From contig CAVXRD010000002.1 in NCBI GenBank assembly GCA_963764165.1, positions 1,280,001-1,344,000 on the forward strand: DNA of 64,000 nt, read 5' to 3'. This document shows positions 30,165 through 39,141 of the stretch, piece after piece. The translations under genes were made by a program, and so were the position numbers. Within the stretch, counting starts at the first letter, position 1, and the number at the start of each line of letters is the position of its first letter. The stretch comes from an uncultured Verrucomicrobiae bacterium. GTDB taxonomy: Bacteria > Verrucomicrobiota > Verrucomicrobiia > Limisphaerales > Palsa-1400. The notes under the pieces were generated by a model that saw only the letters and a list, made by a program, of their open reading frames with translations, made no database searches and was not told where the DNA came from.

Positions 30165-32330
30165 TCAGTACTTGGGTTTAATTTCGACGTCGGCAGGTTT
30201 GTTTGCATCAGGTACTTGGACAACGCCCTCGTCTTTTTGTTGAGCCTGATATTGATATTCGTAATAACCGCTATAGTAATAATAATTCTCGTCCTGGCTC
30301 ATGTTAATGTTGTTCAACACGATGCCGATGAGATTGCCACCGACTTTCAACACCATTTGTTTGGCGCGCAAAGTCATTGGTTGAGGATACCGGCGATACT
30401 GGACAACTTGGAGCACCATGTCCATTTCGCTCGCCAGAATGGACGCATCGCTGACACCCAGCAGCGGCGGTGAATCAAAGAAGATAAACTCATAACGGCG
30501 TTTGAGTTCTTGAATCGTTTCCTTCATCTGGGCGGAACCCAGAATGCTCATGGAACTGCTTGGCAATTTGCCGCTGACCAGCACGTCCAGCGTCGGAATC
30601 TTGGTCTTCTGGATAACCTCGTCCAGCGTCCGCTGTTTGAGCAGGAAGTCGGTCAAGCCGATCGTGTTCGATTTGTGGATGATTTTGTGAATCGTCGGGC
30701 GCCGCAAGTCGGAGTCAACCACCAGTGTGCGCTGGCCATTCTGGGCGAAGACTGTCGCCAGGTTAAACAAAGTCGTCGACTTTCCTTCACCGGCGCCGCC
30801 GCTCAAAACGGAAAGCGTGCTCCAGCCTTCATTCTTTCGAGAAAACAGCAGATTCGTTCGCAATACGCGATATGCTTCCGCGTGCGGACTCTCTGGTCCT
30901 TCATCCATAATGATGCCGACGTTCTGCGGGATGACGCCCAGGACAGGAGCCTGCAGGGCGCGCTCAACATCGTCAATCGTCTTGACGCTCGTATCGAGGT
31001 ATTCAATGAAGAAGGCTAATCCCAAGCCAACGATCAGCCCGACAATGACCCCGGCCGGAATGATGACAGCGCTTTTCGGGCTCACGGGCCGCTGCGACGG
31101 GAGGGCCGGATTCAAAACAGTCACCACGTTGGCGTTGGGCTGGCCTTGTTCAACAATTTCGCGATCCAGCATGGCTACGAGCACTTCGTAATTCTTGCGC
31201 TTGGTCTCAACGTCTCTCTTGTCATCGTAATAAGGACGATTGAGCGTTGCCTGCTGGTTTTTTTCCTCTGTAATCTTTTCCACTTCCTTTTGAATGAGCA
31301 CAAGGAGACCGGCATCCTGCTTAACTCGCGTTTCGATGCCAATCATGACTCCCTTAATCTTGTTTTGATAGGCGGCTTCGGCGAGTTCCAGTTGCTTCTT
31401 CGCCGCCTTATACTGGGCATGCTCAGGCCCATACGTGTGTTCAGCCTCTGTTACATGGGCGGCTGCGGATTGGCGCCGATCAGCAAGATCAACCAGTTCC
31501 GGATCCAATTGATGGGCGTATGCGGTCGTCAGCGCACCAGGCAATTGGTCCTCCGGAATCTGTTTTAGGGAGTACAAAATATTGCTGTATTCCAAATAAT
31601 CGGTTTGCGCTCCGACACGGGTGTGCGCCCACTCTTCCAAGCCTTTGTCCATGATGGTCATTTCGGAATTCATTCCTTCCTCCAGCTCGGATATGTGCAA
31701 GCGATTCCGGTCTTTATCGAGCTTGCTTTGGGCTTCACTCAACTCGGCTGCATTGGTCGCCAGACGTGCTTCCAAAGCTTCAACGCCCCTCCCTTTGGTG
31801 CCTTTCCACTGGTCAATGCGAAAAGCCCTGTAAGAGTCAGCCATTTGATTCGCAATTTTTGCAGCCAGTTCTCGATCCGGGTTTCTCACGGTGATTTGGA
31901 TCAAACTGGTCATTCTTGTCTGGTCAACGGAGACCCGTTTCAGGAGATAATCAAACGTATCTTTAAGAGCCCACCGGGTTTCACCATTTTGCTGGGCAAG
32001 TTTTTCCTCAAGATCCAGCGTTCTAATCACGTTTGTCAGAATCCGATAGGATTCCAAAACCTTAAACTCCGTAGTAAGAAAGTACGGGTCCGTGCTCATG
32101 AACGCGGCGTGCATTTCCCCATTAAGCGCCACCTCGGGATCGTCCTTTTGGACGCGCATATCCAGCGAGCTTGAATACGACTTGGGCAGCCAGATTGTCA
32201 GCAGCGTGCTGGTGACCACGCACAATAGAAAAACCACCAAAATCAAGCTTCGGCGCAACCGGATGACGCGCCAATAGTCCAAGAAATGCAGTTTTAGCTC
32301 CGGGGAATCGTTATTCGTCACTAGGTCCAT
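30165..32330 (-). CDS. Wzc-like polysaccharide co-polymerase/tyrosine autokinase
   Basis: Two TM helices flanking a coiled coil; EAYRVLRTNL, Walker A GAGEGKST, DSDLRRP, DSPP and C-terminal Tyr cluster NYYYYSGYYEYQY. Confidence 0.93.
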   Translation of the reverse strand: MDLVTNNDSPELKLHFLDYWRVIRLRRSLILVVFLLCVVTSTLLTIWLPKSYSSSLDMRVQKDDPEVALNGEMHAAFMSTDPYFLTTEFKVLESYRILTNVIRTLDLEEKLAQQNGETRWALKDTFDYLLKRVSVDQTRMTSLIQITVRNPDRELAAKIANQMADSYRAFRIDQWKGTKGRGVEALEARLATNAAELSEAQSKLDKDRNRLHISELEEGMNSEMTIMDKGLEEWAHTRVGAQTDYLEYSNILYSLKQIPEDQLPGALTTAYAHQLDPELVDLADRRQSAAAHVTEAEHTYGPEHAQYKAAKKQLELAEAAYQNKIKGVMIGIETRVKQDAGLLVLIQKEVEKITEEKNQQATLNRPYYDDKRDVETKRKNYEVLVAMLDREIVEQGQPNANVVTVLNPALPSQRPVSPKSAVIIPAGVIVGLIVGLGLAFFIEYLDTSVKTIDDVERALQAPVLGVIPQNVGIIMDEGPESPHAEAYRVLRTNLLFSRKNEGWSTLSVLSGGAGEGKSTTLFNLATVFAQNGQRTLVVDSDLRRPTIHKIIHKSNTIGLTDFLLKQRTLDEVIQKTKIPTLDVLVSGKLPSSSMSILGSAQMKETIQELKRRYEFIFFDSPPLLGVSDASILASEMDMVLQVVQYRRYPQPMTLRAKQMVLKVGGNLIGIVLNNINMSQDENYYYYSGYYEYQYQAQQKDEGVVQVPDANKPADVEIKPKY

Positions 32331-32336
32331 AGTATC

Positions 32337-32375
32337 AAAAAAAGAAAGCTAGATCGTATTCGTATACGTTCTAGC
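32337..32375 (-). terminator. Terminator-like hairpin plus U-tract between the barrel gene and the wzc-like gene
   Basis: Minus strand: GCTAGAACGTAT-ACGA-ATACGATCTAGC (one mismatch) followed by TTTCTTTTTTT. Confidence 0.5.
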
Positions 32376-32417
32376 CTTCGTGCAAAAAGGTCAATTTTAT
32401 TTTGAAACAATCTTCAG

Positions 32418-33836
32418 CTAGTAGGTCGCGCGAACGCCGACATACATGAAGTCGCGGGTATACGAGCGATCCGCCAAGTCGGATTTCAAACGGTTGTAAT
32501 CATATCCGGCTTCCGCAGAAAGCCACGGGCTGAAGGCATAAGCGAACTTGATTTGCAAAATGAAAAATGCATCCTTTTCGCTGTCGTAACTGGACCCCGG
32601 CGCATTAAAAGACGAAAGCTGAGCCTGGCCCAATATAGTCGCGGTTAACTTCTCCGTGAGTTTATGGGTGTCCGAAAGGTAAACCGCTGTGGTTTCCTCA
32701 TCCACCACAGGGATGGTGCCGCCAGTAGCGGTATCGCCGGGGGCGCCAACGACGTCCGTGGCGTTGTGGACATGCCTTACACCCAATTGAACGTTGCACC
32801 CATTTTGATACTGGTCAGCAATGCTTGCGTCGACGTAAGGTGAAACCACGCTATTCGGCGCCGAATTGCCATATTGGTCAACGTTCTTGTAATAATCAAT
32901 ATACTCACCACCGGCCCTGATCGAGCCCATGAACTGTGAGGTGAAGTTGTGATCAACGCCCAAGAACGCATAGTGGGAGTAGGAATTACGCACATCGCTG
33001 CGATCACCCTTAAAGGGTGGGCCACTATAACCGGGCGGCGGGGCATAGCCCGATCCCCCGCCATACGGATAGTTAATGTACTCTTGGCTGGTGTAAGCTG
33101 TCTCACCAAATTGATAGCCAACTTTGGCAGTGGTCACATCAGTCAGCTTCCAGCTAAGATCAAGCGTGGCGAGCTGCTCCATGCGGTTCAACAAAGCTGA
33201 GCGGCTGGGCTGTCCCGTATAGGCCCCATACACCGGCCCACGAAACGGATAGCCAATAACGGAATCCGCCAACTGCGGATAGGCATAGAGGGTATTGTTG
33301 TAACCCAAATGCAAATCCAGCGACTTGGTGAGGGAGTCGGTGAAGCTCGCCGTGCCGGTATTGCGAATGTTATCGCCTTCAACGCGCAAGGGCGAGGAAA
33401 TCACCGACGGATCAATGACCGTGGGTTCCTGGGCGACGACGAACGATTCGGTCAACCCGATTTTATAGCGCTCGCTAAACTCCCGCTGATAGCCGGCATT
33501 TAACTGGTGGGTTTGGTCGACCGTGCTGTGGTTTTCGTACCAGCGAACGTCATAAACATAGCTCACGGACATCAATGACGTTTCGACGGAATGGTTCCAC
33601 GCCGCGGAAGGAATTGCCTCGGTCCCCCAGCTCGCGATCCGCGGGTGGACTACTCCCCCTGCGGTCACAAATGAAGAGGGCTGAGTCAAATAGTTGTCGT
33701 CGTAAAAACCACGAAGGGAAGCCGCCAGCGTCCAATCTTTGGCCTGTTCGTTCGCACCCAGTCCAGGCGCATATTGAGCTTGGGCAAAAGCCCCGCTCAG
33801 AACTGTCAATCCAACAGCAGCAATTACTTTATTCAT
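32418..33836 (-). CDS. Outer-membrane beta-barrel protein associated with polysaccharide export
   Basis: Signal peptide, RGFYDDN, alternating aromatic beta-strands, C-terminal YVGVRATY; first gene of the wzc/wza-like operon. Confidence 0.8.
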   Translation of the reverse strand: MNKVIAAVGLTVLSGAFAQAQYAPGLGANEQAKDWTLAASLRGFYDDNYLTQPSSFVTAGGVVHPRIASWGTEAIPSAAWNHSVETSLMSVSYVYDVRWYENHSTVDQTHQLNAGYQREFSERYKIGLTESFVVAQEPTVIDPSVISSPLRVEGDNIRNTGTASFTDSLTKSLDLHLGYNNTLYAYPQLADSVIGYPFRGPVYGAYTGQPSRSALLNRMEQLATLDLSWKLTDVTTAKVGYQFGETAYTSQEYINYPYGGGSGYAPPPGYSGPPFKGDRSDVRNSYSHYAFLGVDHNFTSQFMGSIRAGGEYIDYYKNVDQYGNSAPNSVVSPYVDASIADQYQNGCNVQLGVRHVHNATDVVGAPGDTATGGTIPVVDEETTAVYLSDTHKLTEKLTATILGQAQLSSFNAPGSSYDSEKDAFFILQIKFAYAFSPWLSAEAGYDYNRLKSDLADRSYTRDFMYVGVRATY

Positions 33837-33907
33837 AAGATATTTTGATTTACGTCCCTCACTCCATACGGCTTCTTTACGCTTTCAGCGATGGAGACTC
33901 ATTAACC

Positions 33908-33943
33908 TTGTGGATTTCTAAGCGGTGTCCACAAATTTGTCAA
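33908..33943 (-). promoter_or_regulatory. Putative sigma70 promoter of the export operon with an overlapping palindrome
   Basis: Minus strand TTGACA-17 nt-TAGAAA preceded by A-tracts; the inverted repeat TTGTGGA-N13-TCCACAA (33908-33934) spans the -10. Confidence 0.5.
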
Positions 33944-33975
33944 AAGAAAATTTTTCCTTTTTTTTGAACATTTTC

Positions 33976-35745
33976 TCAACGGGACGCCGGCGCGAGCCGC
34001 CAGCGGGCCTGGTCGCTCAGCAAGATCTGATACGGCAAGAGCTGTTTTGGGGCATTCGTCAAGGGGAATCCCGGCGGCACCTGGCCGTGGGATTCGCACT
34101 CGTAGGCGAACCTCTCCCAGCTTTTCTGGTTCAGCACCATTTGGGTCAAATAGCGCGAATTCATAGTTTTCTGTGTCAAGAAGACTCCCTTGATCTGGCG
34201 CAAGCCGCTGAACTGGTAGAACTCGTTGTCGTCATCCAGCGGCAGCCAGCCGCACGTCCGGTCCCCATACCACGCCACGGCGCCCGGGACGTCGCTGATC
34301 ATAAATTCATCCGGGCGCATGAGTTTTGCGACGCGCTGAATGTGCGGCGGGGAATACGGCGTTTCTGGGTCGGGGAAATATCCGTGCAGCATGGCCATCG
34401 CCAGAGGCGCGCACGAAACAAGAACAAAGGCTCCCACAATGGCGCCCCGAGCGTCCATTTCCACGATATGCAGTTGATCCAGAAGCGTATAAAAAAGGGC
34501 GACGCCAAAGACAAACACCAGGGGCGCGACGATCACAAGCAGGTTTTCCGAGTTAAAATCCGGAGAATCGGACGACAAATGGGTCTGCCCGGTGGCCTGC
34601 AGCACAAAAAGCAGGGCGACCGAAATCAGAACAAAAATTCGAAACCGGCCCAGCGCGACATTGCGAAATGGAATGAATAATCCCACCAGAAAAAACGAGG
34701 AGATCCAGCTTCCTCCCATGCGGGTAAGTTCGCTGCGCCAGATTTCCTGACCATGGGCCAGAAATTTGTCAACGACCTCCAATGGACTTATATGGTGCAC
34801 GGCGGCAGTCGGGTCAAAGGAGCGTTCCAACGCGTCTCCAAAAAAGGGCCCTGTCTGGTCAAGAACGGCATAGCCCGCCGTGCCGAAGGCGGTTCCAGTC
34901 AATATTATATTGCGGGCGACCCACGGTCCCAATACCGCCAAAAAAGCGATCACCGCTACAGTTGCATACTTGGCGCGCCCCGCGCCGCCCGATCGCGACA
35001 TGAAAATCAAGACTGGAATAATCATCCAGGCCATCGCGTATCGCGTCAGAGCGGCCAAACCCATCGCCGCGCCAATCCAAGCGGCCAGGCCGAGCGTGCC
35101 CCAGCCGGCTTTGTCGGCCAATCGCCGTTGCTGAAACCGAATCATCCCCATAACGCCCACCAAAAAGATAACAATCAGCCAGGAAGTCGAAACTCCCGAG
35201 AACGTAAATCGCCAATATAAATTAGTGCATGTAAAAAGCGCAGCCGACATCCACGCCACGCGGCCGTCAAACAGACGTTTTGCTATGCAGTAGAGCAGTA
35301 CAGCGGAAAGAAAGAGCCCGAATTGGTTGAACAGCCCAATCCAGCGGTCGGGCGTGAAATACCAATCCTGGTTGTCATCCGCCACATAATCAAAATGGAG
35401 CACGGACATCAGCCCCGCCAACAGCACCGGATAGACCGGAGCATTGGAAACATCCGGCACCGGTTTGCGCAGAACGCGTCCGGCTTCGCCTGGGTTCGCC
35501 TCACGCCCAATCAAATAGGCGGCGAGCGGACGAACCGACTCAGTCGTGTAACCCTTGCCGCGCGAAATATTCCGCGCCAATTGCGCGTTCTCCATCGCCT
35601 CTTCGCTTGTAAAACATAGTCCTGGATACGCCAGCGCATCGACCAGCCCCGCCACGGCGACGAACCCGAGGATGGCCGCCAGCACGCGAAGCAGTTTTGC
35701 CCCGGCACCCACTTCCCAGTGATGAATCCATTCCTGAAGGCGCAT
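33976..35745 (-). CDS. Multi-pass membrane glycosyltransferase (GT-C fold, ArnT/PMT-like)
   Basis: AQLARNISRGKGY, APVYPVLLA, LAALTRY, PWVARN and many TM helices. Confidence 0.75.
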   Translation of the reverse strand: MRLQEWIHHWEVGAGAKLLRVLAAILGFVAVAGLVDALAYPGLCFTSEEAMENAQLARNISRGKGYTTESVRPLAAYLIGREANPGEAGRVLRKPVPDVSNAPVYPVLLAGLMSVLHFDYVADDNQDWYFTPDRWIGLFNQFGLFLSAVLLYCIAKRLFDGRVAWMSAALFTCTNLYWRFTFSGVSTSWLIVIFLVGVMGMIRFQQRRLADKAGWGTLGLAAWIGAAMGLAALTRYAMAWMIIPVLIFMSRSGGAGRAKYATVAVIAFLAVLGPWVARNIILTGTAFGTAGYAVLDQTGPFFGDALERSFDPTAAVHHISPLEVVDKFLAHGQEIWRSELTRMGGSWISSFFLVGLFIPFRNVALGRFRIFVLISVALLFVLQATGQTHLSSDSPDFNSENLLVIVAPLVFVFGVALFYTLLDQLHIVEMDARGAIVGAFVLVSCAPLAMAMLHGYFPDPETPYSPPHIQRVAKLMRPDEFMISDVPGAVAWYGDRTCGWLPLDDDNEFYQFSGLRQIKGVFLTQKTMNSRYLTQMVLNQKSWERFAYECESHGQVPPGFPLTNAPKQLLPYQILLSDQARWRLAPASR

Positions 35746-37122
35746 TTAGAGGCCCTCCAAATGATAGTGATTTATTTTGCGATGCAGATTGCGGCGGCTC
35801 ATCCCAAGCCGTTTGGCGGCGGCGGTCCGGTTGCTGCCGCAATCCTTGAGCGCGCGGATGATCAACTGTTTCTCCGCATCCGCAACCGTGAGATCCGGCT
35901 GCGAAAGGATTCGCGAGGGGCTGCCGCCGGGGGCCGAACTGCGAAGGCTGGCGGGCAGACTGCGGAGGTCGACCCTTTCCGTTCGGGCGAGCACGACGGC
36001 ATGCTCGATCGCCGTGCGCAATTCGCGCACATTTCCCGGCCAGCTATAATTCATCAACGCTTCGAGCGCTTCTGGTGTAAAATCGTTCACATTTTTATCG
36101 TTCTCTTTGGCAAACTCCTTCAAAAAAGTCCGCGCCAGCAGCGGAATATCGCCCGTCCGCTCCCGCAACGGCGGAAGCAGGATGGGCATCACCGCGAGGC
36201 GGAAATACAAATCTTCCCGGAATTTTCCGTCTCTGGCCATCTCCTGCAAATTCTTGTTGGTCGCGGCGATGAGCCGGACGTCCGCTGTCAACACTTTGTT
36301 TGAGCCGACCCTCTCGAAACTGCGCTCGCCCAGGAAGCGAAGCAGCTTCACCTGGATGGTGGCATCGATTTCCCCGATCTCATCCAGAAACAGCGTGCCG
36401 CCCTGCGCCTGCTCAAAACGCCCGACGCGCTTTTCGTAAGCGCCGGTGAAAGCGCCCTTCTCATGGCCGAACAATTCGCTCTCAAGCAGCATCGGCGAAA
36501 GGGCGGCGCAGTGAACGGTCACCATCGGGCCTTGCGCGCGCGGGCTGAGCTGGTGCAGCGCCTTGGCGATCAGCTCCTTGCCGGTGCCGCTTTCTCCCAG
36601 CAGCAAAACCGTCGTGCGCGCCGGGGCGACCTGGCGCACGGTGTCAAACACCTCCTGCATCGCGGGCGATTGGCCGACGATGTTGTCCAGCCCGAATTTG
36701 CTTTGCAATTGCTGGCGAAGCGAGACGTTTTCCACTTCCAATTGCGTCTGCCGCAGGGCGCGCGAGATTTTCAATTCGAGCTCGTCGATCTGCAGCCGGC
36801 CCTTGGCGATGTAATCGTCGGCCCGATGCTTGACAAGAGCGTCCACCGCAAACTCCTCCGAGCCGTAGGCGGTCATCAAAATGCACACCGGCGGCTTGGG
36901 CAGCGATTTGGCCCGCGCAATCAGCTTGAGGCCGTCCTCCTGCGGCAGCCTGAAATCTGTCAAGAGAACAGCAAATTCCTGCTCCTCCAGCAGCGCGGTG
37001 GCGGATTTGGCGTCCTCGGCCACCCAAACATCGTAATGATCTTCCAGCGCCGCCCGCAGGCCGTCGCGCTGGGGCTTCTCGTCGTCAACGATCAGCAGCA
37101 TCGGTTTCGTCGCGGAGTTCAT
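35746..37122 (-). CDS. Sigma54-dependent response regulator (NtrC/AtoC family)
   Basis: REC domain, GESGTGKE, ESELFGHEKGAFTGA, LFLDEIGE, WPGNVREL and a C-terminal Fis-type HTH. Confidence 0.96.
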   Translation of the reverse strand: MNSATKPMLLIVDDEKPQRDGLRAALEDHYDVWVAEDAKSATALLEEQEFAVLLTDFRLPQEDGLKLIARAKSLPKPPVCILMTAYGSEEFAVDALVKHRADDYIAKGRLQIDELELKISRALRQTQLEVENVSLRQQLQSKFGLDNIVGQSPAMQEVFDTVRQVAPARTTVLLLGESGTGKELIAKALHQLSPRAQGPMVTVHCAALSPMLLESELFGHEKGAFTGAYEKRVGRFEQAQGGTLFLDEIGEIDATIQVKLLRFLGERSFERVGSNKVLTADVRLIAATNKNLQEMARDGKFREDLYFRLAVMPILLPPLRERTGDIPLLARTFLKEFAKENDKNVNDFTPEALEALMNYSWPGNVRELRTAIEHAVVLARTERVDLRSLPASLRSSAPGGSPSRILSQPDLTVADAEKQLIIRALKDCGSNRTAAAKRLGMSRRNLHRKINHYHLEGL

Positions 37123-38374
37123 TCAGTGGAATTTCGGTTTTGGTGGCGCCCAGCAATTTCGGCGGGCGCTCATGCATCGGCAGTCGGATGCGGAATGTGG
37201 TCCCCTGCCCGACGCGGCTCTCCAATTGGATATGCCCGCCATGATTGCGAACAATGCGCTGCACAATCATCAGGCCGAGGCCAGTGCCCTTTTTCTTCGT
37301 GGTGTAGAAGGGTTCGAAAATGTGATTCAGCTTGTCGGCCGGGATGCCTCCGCCCGTGTCGGACACATCCACCCACACCCAATCGCCAGAGCTGCCCGAT
37401 TGAAGGCTCAGCACTCCGCCGCGCGTCATGGCTTGCATGGCGTTGCGCATTAAATTAATCAGCACCTGCTTCATTTGCCCCGCGTCCAGCGGCGCGGGCG
37501 GCAGGCGGCGGGCCAGTTTGTCTTTCACCTGCACGCCGCGATTTTCCAACTCGGGCCGGAGCAATTCCAGCGTTTCGCGAACGACGTCGTTCATCGAACC
37601 CGGCGTCAATTGCGGCGGCGATGGCCGGATGGCCTGAAGAAATTGTGTGACAATGTAATCGAGGCGGTGAATTTCGCCTTTCGCAACGTCAATATAATGC
37701 TCGAGCTTTTGGGCTGTCTCCGCGACATCGGGCGCCACCTTCGGTTCTCGCTGTGGAAAACGGCGCGTCTCCCCCGTGACGGCGGGGTGGCGCAATTTGC
37801 GAACCTCCTTGGCCAGCAACTGCAAGTGGATGTTCAGCGCGTTGAGCGGATTCCCGATTTCATGCGCAACGCTCGCCGCCAGCAGCGTTAAAGAATGCAG
37901 GCGCTCGCTTTCGATGGCCTCGAAGGTTTGCTGGCGCGCTTCCGTCGCGTCGTGAAAAATGAGCGCCATGCCAAGCCCTGCCCTCGTTTCGCCATCGAGA
38001 GGCGAGGCGTAAACTCGCAGGAACCGCGGGCGCGGATAACTGACCTCGAATTCGTGCTGAGTGGCGCGCTGGCGGCCGTTCGAGGCGGGCGAACTGATGC
38101 TCTCCCAGTCCAGTTCCGGCAGAAAATCCGCCAAGGGCCGCCCCTCCGCCTGCTCGGACGTGATGCTCAAGAGACGCGTGACCGCGAGGTTGAGGTAAAT
38201 TATCCGTCCGTTTTCATCGACCACCATGATGCCGTCTTCAATCGCGTTGAAGACCGTTTCGAGAAAATGACGCTCGCGAGCCAGCCGTTGGACAACGGTT
38301 TGGAGCCCTTCGGCATCCATCCGATTCAACCGACCCATGACACGATCTACAAAACTGGATTTTGCTGGAGCCAT
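37085..38374 (-). CDS. PAS-domain sensor histidine kinase (cytoplasmic)
   Basis: PAS region, VAHEIGNPL H-box, NLMRNA, DTGGGI, FEPFYTTK and GTGLGL motifs; no TM helix seen; start at ATG 38374 or TTG 38383. Confidence 0.94.
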   Translation of the reverse strand: MAPAKSSFVDRVMGRLNRMDAEGLQTVVQRLARERHFLETVFNAIEDGIMVVDENGRIIYLNLAVTRLLSITSEQAEGRPLADFLPELDWESISSPASNGRQRATQHEFEVSYPRPRFLRVYASPLDGETRAGLGMALIFHDATEARQQTFEAIESERLHSLTLLAASVAHEIGNPLNALNIHLQLLAKEVRKLRHPAVTGETRRFPQREPKVAPDVAETAQKLEHYIDVAKGEIHRLDYIVTQFLQAIRPSPPQLTPGSMNDVVRETLELLRPELENRGVQVKDKLARRLPPAPLDAGQMKQVLINLMRNAMQAMTRGGVLSLQSGSSGDWVWVDVSDTGGGIPADKLNHIFEPFYTTKKKGTGLGLMIVQRIVRNHGGHIQLESRVGQGTTFRIRLPMHERPPKLLGATKTEIPLNELRDETDAADR

Positions 38375-38408
38375 AACCCTCAAATTATTTCACGACAATT
38401 CGACAGTG

Positions 38409-38425
38409 TGCGCCATTTTGACACA
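38409..38425. promoter_or_regulatory. Imperfect 17-bp palindrome, candidate response-regulator site
   Basis: TGCGCCA-TTT-TGACACA; a related copy TGAGACG-ATT-TGACACA lies at 38664-38680. Confidence 0.4.
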
Positions 38426-38506
38426 GTTCTTAAAGCGTGACAATGGGCAATTTAAGGACAAAAACATCCCGGCCTGCGCGATTTTTATCCCGCATTTTTG
38501 GTCCGC

Positions 38507-38547
38507 TTTTTCAAAAAAGCAGGTGAGATTAGCTGGGATTTGGTGAT
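38507..38547. repeat. Second copy of the T5-C-A6 plus decamer repeat element
   Basis: TTTTTCAAAAAAG CAGGTGAGAT TAGCTGGGAT TTGGTGAT; matches 679-738 with two fewer units. Confidence 0.8.
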
Positions 38548-38945
38548 GATCCTTGAAGCAGCGCGCGCCCGCCTCCCAATGACGCAACGCGGAATTTCCT
38601 GCACTGGCGCGGCAAGGATGGACGATCGGGTAACCGTCCGGCGCCAGATTGAATTTGGCGCTGTGAGACGATTTGACACAAAGGCGCCGCCACAAGACGC
38701 AAAAAAGAAACCAAATCCCCGATTGCACGCGCCCAATCTGCGCAGGCCAGATTCCAGCCTCTGCGTCTGACATGTTCATATGACATTTCATATAAATGAA
38801 CACAGGTTTGCATAGTCTGTGGGACAGAGAAAACCTCCCAGATGTTTTCAGGCATGATTTCTGAAGAAATATTGGGAAAAATTGAATCTGAAGCTCATGG
38901 GTTCGGGAATAGACCGGCCACCGACGGCGAGTCCGGCTAGAAAAG

Positions 38946-39013
38946 AGCCACAGATGGGCACAGATCAACCCAGATAAATCAAAAATCTGTGTCGAACTGT
39001 AACTCTGTGGCCA
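38946..39013. repeat. Inverted repeat family C, second copy
   Basis: AGCCACAGATGGGCACAGATCAACCCAGATAA ... AAATCTGTGTCGAACTGTAACTCTGTGGCCA. Confidence 0.8.
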
Positions 39014-39141
39014 ATTCCTTTGGTCCGACGTTGCGTTCCCAGGCGGGATGCAGGTCGCGCCCACCGCGCTGCTGAAAAGCGGGATTCGACCCATTGCTTG
39101 AGCAAGCGGCACCCACCGCAACGAACTTCTGATTTGGCGCG

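Noticed and set aside
38390..39121. 243-aa minus-strand ORF upstream of the histidine kinase
   Set aside because: It runs through repeat family C and the decamer element and has an atypical composition with no recognisable domain.
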